This document shows positions 50,207 to 60,776 of a stretch of 64,000 nt of DNA, piece by piece; the first letter of the stretch is position 1; each line of letters opens with the position of its first letter. The translations under genes and the position numbers were made by a program. Origin of the DNA: Thermoleophilaceae bacterium (GTDB taxonomy: Bacteria > Actinomycetota > Thermoleophilia > Solirubrobacterales > Thermoleophilaceae). Under the pieces are notes generated by a model. It was not told the DNA's origin, ran no database searches, and saw nothing but the letters and a program-made list of their open reading frames with translations. The DNA lies in assembly GCA_035650215.1 (NCBI GenBank), contig DASRIC010000002.1:18515-82514 (forward strand), in the 5' to 3' direction.

Positions 50207-50577
50207 TGGCGGTCTCCTTGGTCGGTGGGGAAGGCGTCGTCGAGGACGTCGGAGAGGCGGTCGAAGTGCCTCTGCCAGGTCGCGCGGTGCTCGGCGATCC
50301 ACTGCTCGAGCGTGCGCATCGGGCTGGGCTCGAGCCGGCACGTCCGGACGCGGCCGACCTTCTCCGAGCGCACGAGGCCGCTGCGCTGCAGCACGTCGAG
50401 GTGCTGCATCACGGACGGCAGCGACATGTCCAGCGGTGCGGCGAGCTCGCTCACCGAGGCCGCGCCGCGCGACAGGCGGACGACCATCGCGCGGCGGCTC
50501 TCGTCGGAGAGCGCGTTGAACGCCCGGTCGAGCTGTGCTGCGTCGGCGGTGGGCATAGGCCGCATCGTAGCGCACAC
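50203..50577 (-). CDS. ArsR/SmtB-type HTH regulator (partner of the SRPBCC gene)
   Basis: ...FNALSDESRRAMVVRLSRGAASVSELAAPLDMSLPSVMQHLDVLQRSGLV.... The start is ambiguous (GTG 50577, ATG 50565 or ATG 50556). Confidence 0.8.
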   Translation of the reverse strand: MCATMRPMPTADAAQLDRAFNALSDESRRAMVVRLSRGAASVSELAAPLDMSLPSVMQHLDVLQRSGLVRSEKVGRVRTCRLEPSPMRTLEQWIAEHRATWQRHFDRLSDVLDDAFPTDQGDRQ

Positions 50578-50695
50578 TTAGGTAGCTGCCTAAGTGTCAT
50601 CTATTCCTGGCCGCTGCCGCTTCCATGCGACGGGGCACTCCAGCGTCGAGTTGCGACGGGTGGCCGGGGCGAGATTCTGCCTTGCGGTCCTTCTC

Positions 50696-51412
50696 GTGGG
50701 TGTGGAAGAGCAGCGTTTGATCCTGGTAGTGGAGGACGACGAGGCGACCCGCTCGTTCCTGCTCGACAACCTGGCGGCGGACGGTTTTCGGGTGGCCGGG
50801 GCGAGCGGGGCCAGCGAGGCGTTGCGGGCGATCGCGGTGCGCCAGCCCGCCCTCGTCGTGCTCGATCTGAGGCTGGAGGGTGGCAGCGGCCTCGACGTGC
50901 TCGACAGCGTGCGCTCAGCCGACGGGCTCAGCACACGCGTCGACCCGGACCTGCCGGTGCTCGTCCTCACCGGCCGGTCGGGCGACGCCGATCGGGTGCG
51001 CAGCTTCGCCCGCGGGGCCGACGACCACCTGGCCAAGCCCTTCCTGTATGCGGAGCTCCTCGCACGCGTGCGCGCGCTCCTGCACCGGACTGCCGGGCGC
51101 CGCGCTCGCGGGGCGCTGCGTGTGGGGGAGCTCACAATCGATCCGGTCACGCGCGTGGTCAGGCTGGCCGGCCGGCGCGTGGAGCTGTCGGCGAAGGAGT
51201 TCGCGCTCCTGCACGCGCTGGCCGAGGACCCCACGCGCGTGCTGGCCAAGCAGGACCTCTTGCGCGACGTCTGGGGGTATCTGTCCGCGGGGCGCACGCG
51301 CACGCTCGACGCGCACGCCTGCCGTCTGCGCAAGAAGCTGGGCACGCCCTCGGGGCGGCGCTGGGTGGTGAACGTGCGGGGCGTGGGCTACAAGCTCACG
51401 GAGGCGCCGTGA
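50696..51412 (+). CDS. OmpR/PhoB-family response regulator
   Basis: LILVVEDDEATR, VVLDLRL and DDHLAKPF form the receiver domain. ...LSAKEFALLHALAEDP...RGVGYKL is the winged helix. The start is uncertain (GTG 50696, GTG 50702 or TTG 50717). Confidence 0.85.
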   Translation: MGVEEQRLILVVEDDEATRSFLLDNLAADGFRVAGASGASEALRAIAVRQPALVVLDLRLEGGSGLDVLDSVRSADGLSTRVDPDLPVLVLTGRSGDADRVRSFARGADDHLAKPFLYAELLARVRALLHRTAGRRARGALRVGELTIDPVTRVVRLAGRRVELSAKEFALLHALAEDPTRVLAKQDLLRDVWGYLSAGRTRTLDAHACRLRKKLGTPSGRRWVVNVRGVGYKLTEAP

Positions 51413-52104
51413 GCGTGGCGCTCCTTCTTGCGGCGGCCGGGTGCCTGGTCACCGGGCTCGTTGCCACGCTCGAGCTGCGCAGGCGCCTCGAGCTTGTTGC
51501 GCGGGCCGAGCACGAGCTGCGCGGGCCCGCCACCGGGCTCTCGCTCGCGTGCGAGTCGCTTCGCCGCGATCCCCTGGGGCGTCGCCACGCGATCGTGCTG
51601 GAGGCCCAGCTCGACCGGCTTCGCTGCGGCCTCGCCGACCTCGAGGCGGCGCGCCGCGGCCGGCGCGGCAGGACGGTGCGGGCGCCGGCCGAGCTCGCGT
51701 CCGCCACCGAGGCGGCGCTGCGCCCTTGGCGGGATTGGCTCGGGGGCACGAGCTTCGAGTGGCACGGCGGGCCGGCGCCCGCGCTGTTGCAGCGCGGCCG
51801 GCTCGCGCAGGCGCTCGGCAACCTCGTGGCCAACGCCGCGGAGCACGGCGCCGGCGAGGTGCGCGTGCGCGGTCGCACCACGGCCCGCGGCGTGCGCATC
51901 GAGGTGCGCAACAGCGTCGCCCCCAGGCTTCCGGACTCCCGCCGCGACCGCGGGCGCGGCTTGGCGATCGCCTCGCGGGCGGCGCGGGACCTCGGCGGGC
52001 GGCTGCTCGTGAGCCTCGACGGCGAGCTGGCGATCGCGGTGCTCGAGCTGCCCTTGGAGGCCGTGGAGCCGTCGGCCGGCCCGAGCGGAGCCGAGACGGC
52101 GTGA
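51409..52104 (+). CDS. Minimal sensor histidine kinase (one N-terminal TM, no obvious sensor domain)
   Basis: GTGA overlap with the regulator gene. H-box AEHELRGPATGL, N-box LGNLVANAAEHG, and G-box-like RGRGLAIA. Confidence 0.75.
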   Translation: MSVALLLAAAGCLVTGLVATLELRRRLELVARAEHELRGPATGLSLACESLRRDPLGRRHAIVLEAQLDRLRCGLADLEAARRGRRGRTVRAPAELASATEAALRPWRDWLGGTSFEWHGGPAPALLQRGRLAQALGNLVANAAEHGAGEVRVRGRTTARGVRIEVRNSVAPRLPDSRRDRGRGLAIASRAARDLGGRLLVSLDGELAIAVLELPLEAVEPSAGPSGAETA

Positions 52105-52826
52105 AGGCCCGCCGCCGGCGCGGGATGCTGCTGCTCGCGCTTGCGCTGGGCTGCGGCGGGCTCGCCGCCTCCTCGGTGCGCGAGCGAGAGCGCAAGCTCG
52201 AGGAGCGGGTCGGGCCGCTCGTGCCTGCGCTCGTGGCCGCCCGCGACCTGCCTGCTGACGCCCGGCTCGAGCGCGGCGCGCTGGCCTTGCGACGCGTGCC
52301 GGCCCGCTACCTGCCGCCGGACGCGCTCGGCTCGGCGGCCGGGGTGGCGGGCGCTCGCACGGCGGTCGCCGTGCCGTCGGGCGGCTACCTCACGGCGGGC
52401 GATCTGCAGGGTGCGGAGGGACCCGCCGCCCGCGCCGGCGGCGCGCTCGGCAGGGGGGAGCGCGCGGTCGAGGTGGGCGTCAGCGGCGATGCCGCGCTGG
52501 CCGCGGCGGTTCCGGGCTCCCGCGTCGACGTGCTGGTCTCGACCGAGGCGGGGGCGGGGGCCGGCGGCGAGCGGACCTTCGTGGCGCTCGCCGACGTGGA
52601 GCTGCTGCGCCTGGGCGCCGGCACGGAGGGCGGCGGCGAGGCGCTCGGCGATCCGGGCGACGCGGAGGCCGCGGGCCCGTCGGCCCGCGCGACCCTGCGC
52701 GTCACGCTTCGCCAGGCCGTCTACCTCACCGCCGCCGACAACTTCGGGCGCGAGATCCGCCTGCTCGTGCGCCCGCCGGGCGACCGCGGGCGGGTGGCGG
52801 CCGAGACGAGTGCGGCGGAGCTGTGA
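52101..52826 (+). CDS. cpaB: CpaB/RcpC-like (SAF domain) Flp-pilus-assembly-type protein
   Basis: GTGA overlap with the kinase gene. N-terminal TM MLLLALALGCGGLAAS. SAF-like ...VPALVAARDLPADARLERGALALRRVPARYLPPDAL.... C-terminal ...LRVTLRQAVYLTAADNFGREIRLLVRP. Confidence 0.65.
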   Translation: MKARRRRGMLLLALALGCGGLAASSVRERERKLEERVGPLVPALVAARDLPADARLERGALALRRVPARYLPPDALGSAAGVAGARTAVAVPSGGYLTAGDLQGAEGPAARAGGALGRGERAVEVGVSGDAALAAAVPGSRVDVLVSTEAGAGAGGERTFVALADVELLRLGAGTEGGGEALGDPGDAEAAGPSARATLRVTLRQAVYLTAADNFGREIRLLVRPPGDRGRVAAETSAAEL

Positions 52827-52847
52827 CCCGCGGGTCGCGCAGCGGCC

Positions 52848-53543
52848 TCAGGCGCGCTCGAGCACCTCGACGCCCCCCTCGGGCCGGCCGAGCAGCGCCT
52901 GGTCCGCCATGCCGAGGAAGAGGCCGTGCTCCACCACACCGGTCACGCGCTTCAGCGCGCCGTCGAGCATGTCCGGCTGGGAGCCGGCGTCGAGCGCGCA
53001 GTCGAGGATGAAGTGGCCCTCGTCGGTCACGTAGGGCTCGCCGTCAGAGCCGGCGCGCAGCTCGGAGTCCGGCAGCAGCGGCGCGAGCCGGCGCCGGGTG
53101 TCGCGCCAGGCGAAGCGGACCACCTCCACGGGCAGCCGGAAATGCTCGCCCAGGTGCCCGACCCGCTTGGGGGTCTCGGCCACGACCACGAACCTGCGCG
53201 CCGCGGAGATCACGATCTTCTCGCGCAGGAGCGCGCCGCCGCCGCCCTTGATCAGGCGAAGGGCGGGGTCCACCTCGTCGGCGCCGTCGAGCGCGAGGTC
53301 GAGCTCGATCGAGCCATCCAGCTCGATCACCTCGATCCCCAGGGAGGCGGCCAGCTCCTGTGTGCGGTTCGAGGCGGTCACGGCTCGGAAGGCGCCGGCG
53401 CGGTCGGCCAGCCGCTCGACCAGCTTCCAGACGGCGCGGCCCGAGCCGAGCCCGACGGTCATGCCCGGCTCGACCAGCCCGGCGGCGGCCTCGGCGGCCG
53501 CCGCGCGCGCGGTGTCGCTGGGGTCGGCCACGGCGCTGAGCAT
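52848..53543 (-). CDS. rpiA: Ribose-5-phosphate isomerase A
   Basis: GLGSGRAV, DGADEVD and LIKGGGGALLREKIV motifs. Confidence 0.9.
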   Translation of the reverse strand: MLSAVADPSDTARAAAAEAAAGLVEPGMTVGLGSGRAVWKLVERLADRAGAFRAVTASNRTQELAASLGIEVIELDGSIELDLALDGADEVDPALRLIKGGGGALLREKIVISAARRFVVVAETPKRVGHLGEHFRLPVEVVRFAWRDTRRRLAPLLPDSELRAGSDGEPYVTDEGHFILDCALDAGSQPDMLDGALKRVTGVVEHGLFLGMADQALLGRPEGGVEVLERA

Positions 53544-53631
53544 CGCACGCGTCTCGGCGCGAAGGGCACCGGTATGTCCGTGGATCGCCCGCTAGACTCC
53601 TTGCTTACCCAACGTAAGTAGGTAACGCGAC

Positions 53632-55926
<2,295 letters not shown>

Positions 55927-55963
55927 AAGGTGCGCCGGTGAAGTGTGGACGGAGGCCTGCGCG

Positions 55964-56710
55964 CTAGATGGAGCGCGTCAGGCCGCCGTCCACCAACAGC
56001 CAGACGCCGGTGATGTAGCTCGCCCGCGCCGAGCAGAGGAACGCCGCCGCCGCGGCGATCTCCTCGGCGGTACCGAGCCGGGCGGCCGGCACCTCCTCGC
56101 GGGCCACTGCCTGCGCCTCGTCGAGCGAGCCGTAGAGATGCATGATGCGGTCGGTGGCGATGCGGCCGGGCAGGATCGTGTTGAAGGTGACCCCGTCGGC
56201 TGCGAGCTGGCGCGCCAGCGTGCGGAAGCCGCCGAGCAGCCCCGGGCGGTGCGAGTTCGACAGCATCAGGGTGGGGATCGGCTCGCGGGCGGCCGAGGAG
56301 GACACGCTGAGGATCCGGCCGAAGCCGCCCTCGCGCATGCCGGGCACGACGCGGCGGATCAGCTCCATCGGCGCGATCACGAGCTCGCGGTGGGCGCTCT
56401 CCCACTGCTCACGGGTGAACGCGAGCGGGTCGCCGCCGGGGGGACCGCCAGTGTTGTTCACGAGCACCTCGACGGGCCCGAGCTCCTGCTCCACCCGGTC
56501 GACGAGCGCGGGCGCGGCGTCGAGGTCGAGGGTGTCGTGCACGAACGGCGTGGCGCCGATCTCGGCGGCGGCTGCCTCGACGGCCTCCCGCGTTCGTGAG
56601 CTGATCGCGACGCGCGCGCCCTCGGCAGCCAGCTCGCGCGCGATGCCGAGGCCGATGCCGCGCGACCCGCCGGTCACGAGCGCGACCCTGTTCTCGAGGC
56701 CCAGATCCAT
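55964..56710 (-). CDS. SDR-family oxidoreductase
   Basis: TGGSRGIGLG and NNTG motifs; a Rossmann-type short-chain dehydrogenase layout. Confidence 0.9.
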   Translation of the reverse strand: MDLGLENRVALVTGGSRGIGLGIARELAAEGARVAISSRTREAVEAAAAEIGATPFVHDTLDLDAAPALVDRVEQELGPVEVLVNNTGGPPGGDPLAFTREQWESAHRELVIAPMELIRRVVPGMREGGFGRILSVSSSAAREPIPTLMLSNSHRPGLLGGFRTLARQLAADGVTFNTILPGRIATDRIMHLYGSLDEAQAVAREEVPAARLGTAEEIAAAAAFLCSARASYITGVWLLVDGGLTRSI

Positions 56711-56749
56711 GACGGCGCCAATGTAGCGCCCGATCTCCGGGCGGCGGGC

Positions 56750-57727
56750 TCAGGCGACGGCCGGCGCCGGCTCGTCGAGCGTGAGGGCGAGCGCGTCCAC
56801 GACGTCGCGATCGAACTGCGCGCCCGCCTCGCGGCGGAGCTCGGCCACGGCGGCTGAGCAGTCGATCGCCGCGCTGTAGGAACGGTTGGTGGTCATCGCG
56901 CCGAAGGCGTCGCAGACCGAGATGATCCGGCTCGCCATCGGGATCCGCGCGGCGGGAAGGCCGTGGGGGTAGCCGCCGCCGTCGGGGCGCTCGTGGTGCA
57001 GCTCGACGATCACGGCCACCGGCTCGAGCCCCGGGATGCCGGCCACGATGCCGGCGCCCCACTCGGGGTGGCGGCGGACCATGCTCCACTCCGCGCTCGT
57101 GAGCGCGCCGCGCTTGTGCAGGATCCGCGCGGGCAGCCGCAGCTTGCCGATGTCGTGCAGGAGCGCGCCGAGCTCGACCTCCACGAGGTCGGGACGAGCG
57201 AGGCCGAGCCGTCTTCCCACCCGCCTGGCGATCCCGGCGACCTCGAGCGAATGGCGCCAGGTGTCTCCGTCGGAGCGCGCCAGGCGCTGCACCAGCGCTT
57301 CGATCTCGGGGCGCGGGTCCGCTTGCGAGAGCTCGCGACGCTCGTGATGCACGAGGGCCGCGCCGGCCAGATCGGCCAGCTCGTCGAGCAGGCCGAGCTC
57401 GCGGGCCGCGAACTCACGCCGGCCGCGAGGCGCGGCGGCGAGGTAGCCGCGCGGCTGCGACTCCGCGCCCACCGGCGCGAAGGTGACCGCGGGCAGCCGA
57501 GCCCGCCCGAATGCTGCGAGCGGGCCATCGAACTGCCGCCCGAGGGCGTCGGGGTCGCAGCCGGCGCAGGCGGCAAGCGTCAGGCGCCGCGGATCCTCGC
57601 GGTCGCCCACGAGCAGGTGTACCTGCTCGGCCCCGAGGCTCGTGCGGCCGTGGAGCACCAGGCGCTGGAGAACGAGCCCGGCATAGCCCAGTCCCTGCGG
57701 CGAAGGTATGGTCGAAGGCGGCGCCAT
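56750..57727 (-). CDS. HD-GYP domain protein with an N-terminal GAF-like region (putative cyclic-di-GMP phosphodiesterase)
   Basis: ...HSLEVAGIARR...LLHDIGKL...HHERPDGGGYPHG.... The start is set at ATG 57727 inside the longer track ORF. Confidence 0.8.
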   Translation of the reverse strand: MAPPSTIPSPQGLGYAGLVLQRLVLHGRTSLGAEQVHLLVGDREDPRRLTLAACAGCDPDALGRQFDGPLAAFGRARLPAVTFAPVGAESQPRGYLAAAPRGRREFAARELGLLDELADLAGAALVHHERRELSQADPRPEIEALVQRLARSDGDTWRHSLEVAGIARRVGRRLGLARPDLVEVELGALLHDIGKLRLPARILHKRGALTSAEWSMVRRHPEWGAGIVAGIPGLEPVAVIVELHHERPDGGGYPHGLPAARIPMASRIISVCDAFGAMTTNRSYSAAIDCSAAVAELRREAGAQFDRDVVDALALTLDEPAPAVA

Positions 57728-57875
57728 TCCGTGCGACAGCGGCCCCCCTGCCGGCGTCGGAGCCGCGATGTTCTCGCTATTCCAAGTCAGAAAGCGCCGG
57801 TACCGGGGCGTGCACGGAAACGGTTGAGGTTTCGGGGGCAAGTGCGGCGATTCCTTGATATATCGTCGCGGTTGG

Positions 57876-58124
57876 ATGCCCGGTCTGCGATTGCTGTTGC
57901 GCTTTGCCCCCTTCCTGGTCGGCGCGCTCGCCGCGGCCGTCTGGCTGCGGCGGCGGCAGGGGTCCAGGCTCGCTCTCGAGGCTCCGCCGGAGCCGCGGGC
58001 GCTCGAGCCTCCGCCGGTGCGCCCGGGGCGGTTTGATCGGAGCCCGCCGGACGAGGCGGCCGCGCAGGACGATTCGATCGACATCGTGACGATCGTCGAC
58101 GACCTGCTCCGCGCCGGCCGCTGA
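57876..58124 (+). CDS. Possible small membrane protein
   Basis: MPGLRLLLRFAPFLVGALAAAVWLRRRQ... has one TM and an acidic C-terminus ...DDSIDIVTIVDDLL. No homology argument. Confidence 0.35.
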   Translation: MPGLRLLLRFAPFLVGALAAAVWLRRRQGSRLALEAPPEPRALEPPPVRPGRFDRSPPDEAAAQDDSIDIVTIVDDLLRAGR

Positions 58125-58179
58125 CTACGTCAGATGGTGGACGGCGAGCGGGCGTTTTTGCGCTCGATCTGCTTCTATT

Positions 58180-58340
58180 ACGCGCCTCATCTTCGAATTG
58201 CCGAGTTCTCGCCGTCCCACGGCGGGAAACGGGGGACCCAATTGGCGGCCGCAGCGGCCGCCCGGGGCGAATCGCGGAATCCGTCCGCGTAGCGCCACTT
58301 TCCGGCGCGAGCCCGACAGCTCACCTCGTAGGCACTGGGA
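58180..58340 (+). promoter_or_regulatory. ydaO/yuaA-type (cyclic-di-AMP) riboswitch
   Basis: Conserved blocks are ACGGGGGACCCA, CCGGGGCGAATCGCGGAATCCG and GCCCGACAGCTCACCTCGTAGGC, directly upstream of the Rpf-like gene. The ends are approximate. Confidence 0.65.
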
Positions 58341-58355
58341 AAGGGGAACCGAAAG

Positions 58356-58958
58356 GTGCGAAGGATCGTGCATGCCGTTCGTCGTCCGCGTACAGCGGGC
58401 GCCCTCGCGGCCTGCCTGGCGCTCAGCGCAATGTGCGGCGGCGTGCCGGCGGTGTCGGCGGACACGATCGGCAGCGGGGCGGGGGGCGCCACCGCGTCGA
58501 GCGAGGTGATCGTCAAGCGCGGTCACCGCGGACCCGCCGTGCGCAGCATCCAGCGCAAGCTCGGTGTCCCGGCCGACGGCGTGTTCGGTCCGCAGACCGA
58601 GCGGGCCGTGCGGCGCTTCCAGCGCCGCAACGGGCTGGTGGCCGACGGCATCGTCGGACCCATCACCCGCGGCGCCCTCGGGCTCGAGCCGTTCAGCCGA
58701 AGCTCGGTACGCCGTAGCGGCCGCACCGTGACCGTTCCGCGGATCCTGCGTCTGATCGCCGAGTGCGAGTCAGGCGGCAACCCGCGCGCCGTGTCCCCGG
58801 GCGGCCAGTACCGCGGCAAGTATCAGTTCAGCGTCCCGACCTGGAGGGGCCTGGGCGGCACCGGCGACCCGGCCGACGCGCCCGAGTGGAGGCAGGACCA
58901 GCTTGCGCTGAAGCTCTACCGCCAGAGCGGCACGGCACCCTGGCCGAACTGCCCGTAG
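58356..58958 (+). CDS. Secreted peptidoglycan-binding (PG_binding_1) plus Rpf-like transglycosylase-domain protein
   Basis: GHRGPAVRSIQRKLGVPADGVFGPQTERAVRRFQ is the PGB domain. IAECESGGNPRAVSPGGQYRGKYQFSVPTWRGLGG...PWPNC is the resuscitation-promoting-factor-like domain. Confidence 0.8.
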   Translation: MRRIVHAVRRPRTAGALAACLALSAMCGGVPAVSADTIGSGAGGATASSEVIVKRGHRGPAVRSIQRKLGVPADGVFGPQTERAVRRFQRRNGLVADGIVGPITRGALGLEPFSRSSVRRSGRTVTVPRILRLIAECESGGNPRAVSPGGQYRGKYQFSVPTWRGLGGTGDPADAPEWRQDQLALKLYRQSGTAPWPNCP

Positions 58959-58975
58959 GGCGCGCCGCAAGCGCG

Positions 58976-60133
58976 TCAGCCCGCCGCCGCTGAGCGCGCC
59001 GGCGATCGCCGACCGAGCACGATCACGCCTGTCAGCGTGGCCGCGCAGGTGACCGCCATGAGGGAGTAGGGAACCGCGTCGCTGGTGGCCTCGGCGAGCG
59101 CCCCGCCCGCCCCGGCGCCCACCACGTGGCCGATCGCCCAGGACAGGTTCGAGATCGAGAAGGCCAGCGCCTGATCGAGGCCGACCTCCTCGGCGGCGTC
59201 GGAGAGCAGGGCCATCGCGGGCGCCCAGAAGCCGCCGAGGGCGGCGAAGGTGAGCATGAGCGTCAGCCCGAGCAGCACCGCGCTGCCCGGAAGCGGGAGC
59301 AGGGCGACCATGATCGCGGCACCCACCAGGCCGGCCCGGATCGGCGCCAGGCGCCCGCGCGTATCGGACGCGCGGCCGGCGATCGGGCTGATCACGGCCT
59401 CGACCGCCGCCGTAACGAGGAAGATCGCGCCGATCGCCACGCCGCTCGCGCCCAGGTCGTCGAGCCGGAGCGGGGCCAGCACCTCGATCACGCCGGCCAC
59501 CAGCGCGGGGAGGGTGAACAGCCAGAAGCCGGCGAGCACCGAGGGGCGCCCGAGAGCGCGCAACAGGGCGCGGAGCCCGGGGCTCTCCTCGGGCGGCACG
59601 CCCGGCATGGAGAGCGCCCACGCGCCCAGGCCCGCCGCGAGCACCGCCACGCCGCTGAAGACCACCTCCTGGCTGATCACGGTCGCGGCTCCGCCCAGCA
59701 CCGGCCCGAGGAGCACCCCGACGATGGCGGCGGAGAGCGCCGCCCCGATCAGCTCGCCGCGGCGCTCGGGCGGCGAGGCGGACACGAGCCAGGCCATCCC
59801 GCTGGCCCACATGCAGGCGCCGCCGACGCCCTGGACGAAGCGCGCGGCGTCGAGCAGCACGATCTGGTCGGCGAAAGCGAACGCGAGGCTCGTGGCTCCG
59901 AGCATCGAGAGGCCCAGCAGCAGCGTGGGCTTGACGCCCCAGCGGGAGGCGAGCCAGCCGGCGGGTAGGGCTCCGACCAACGTGCCGGCGGGATAGGCCG
60001 CCGTGAGGATGCCGGCGCCCGTCTTCGAGAGGTCGAGCTGCTCCTTGAACTCCGGCAGCAGCGGGGCCACCGCTGCGAAGAACATGGTGTCGACGAGCAC
60101 CACCGCCGCGACGAGCCAGAACAGCCGGCGCAT
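58976..60133 (-). CDS. MFS transporter (12-TMS)
   Basis: Twelve hydrophobic segments, ...GRASDTRGRLAP... (motif A-like in loop 8-9), and a typical MFS N-terminus MRRLFWLVAAVVLVDTMFF. Confidence 0.85.
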   Translation of the reverse strand: MRRLFWLVAAVVLVDTMFFAAVAPLLPEFKEQLDLSKTGAGILTAAYPAGTLVGALPAGWLASRWGVKPTLLLGLSMLGATSLAFAFADQIVLLDAARFVQGVGGACMWASGMAWLVSASPPERRGELIGAALSAAIVGVLLGPVLGGAATVISQEVVFSGVAVLAAGLGAWALSMPGVPPEESPGLRALLRALGRPSVLAGFWLFTLPALVAGVIEVLAPLRLDDLGASGVAIGAIFLVTAAVEAVISPIAGRASDTRGRLAPIRAGLVGAAIMVALLPLPGSAVLLGLTLMLTFAALGGFWAPAMALLSDAAEEVGLDQALAFSISNLSWAIGHVVGAGAGGALAEATSDAVPYSLMAVTCAATLTGVIVLGRRSPARSAAAG

Positions 60134-60143
60134 CCAGCCGATG

Positions 60144-60776
60144 CTACGCGGTCGCGGACCCGAGCCTCAGGCGATGGATCGACACCCGTTCAGAGCGCGG
60201 GCTCAGGCTCGTGCCGATCGAGAAGCCTGCGGCGGCGGCGCCCTCGAGGAAGCTCGCGGCGGCCGGCCGGCCGGGGTCGGCGATCAGCACCAGGCCGCGC
60301 TCGGTCACGAGACGCCGAAGGAGCCCGACGAGCAGTTCGCCGTTGCGGCGCTCGTAGAGCACGTCGGAGGCGATCACGAGGTCCCAGGGGGCGCGCTCGA
60401 CGATCGCGTGGGGGCTCGCCCAGTTGCACTCGAGCGCCTCGAGTCGCACGCCGTTGCGCTCGGCGTTCGCGCGGGTGGCGGTAACGGCGTCCGCCGACCA
60501 GTCCGTAGCCAGCACGCGGCCACCGGCGCGGGCGGCGGCGATGCTCGGCAGCCCCAGGCCGCAGCCGAGCTCGAGCGTCCGCCTGCCGCGCAGCGCGCGC
60601 AGGGAGATGTCGTGTGCGAGCGCCACGGCGCTGCCCCAGAGCTCGGCCCAGTAGGGGAGGAACTCCTCGCGATCGAACGCCTCCTCGCTGAGCAGCGCCT
60701 CGGCGTCCCGTGGACGGATCAGCTCGACCTCGCCGCCGGGGAGCGCGATCAGCTCGGCGACGAGCTCGCTGTCTAC
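60144..60776 (-). CDS. Class I SAM-dependent methyltransferase (Nnt1/lysine-MTase-like); start codon unresolved
   Basis: ...LPYWAELWGSAVALA...RTLELGCGLGLPSIAAA...DLVIASDVLY.... No ATG, GTG or TTG lies between the pepF stop and the conserved YWAELW block in this frame. Confidence 0.65.
   Translation of the reverse strand, partial: VDSELVAELIALPGGEVELIRPRDAEALLSEEAFDREEFLPYWAELWGSAVALAHDISLRALRGRRTLELGCGLGLPSIAAARAGGRVLATDWSADAVTATRANAERNGVRLEALECNWASPHAIVERAPWDLVIASDVLYERRNGELLVGLLRRLVTERGLVLIADPGRPAAASFLEGAAAAGFSIGTSLSPRSERVSIHRLRLGSATA

Noticed and set aside
50206-52104. 632-aa plus-strand track ORF as a single gene
   Set aside because: Only the last 232 codons (from GTG 51409) carry histidine-kinase motifs. 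The upstream part is Arg/Gly/Ala-rich. It overlaps the ArsR-like gene on the opposite strand and the response-regulator gene in another frame.
52101-52826. CpaB gene as evidence for a Tad/Flp pilus locus in this window
   Set aside because: No prepilin, CpaC/RcpA secretin, CpaE/F ATPase or TadB/C genes flank it. It is treated as an orphan coupled to the two-component pair.
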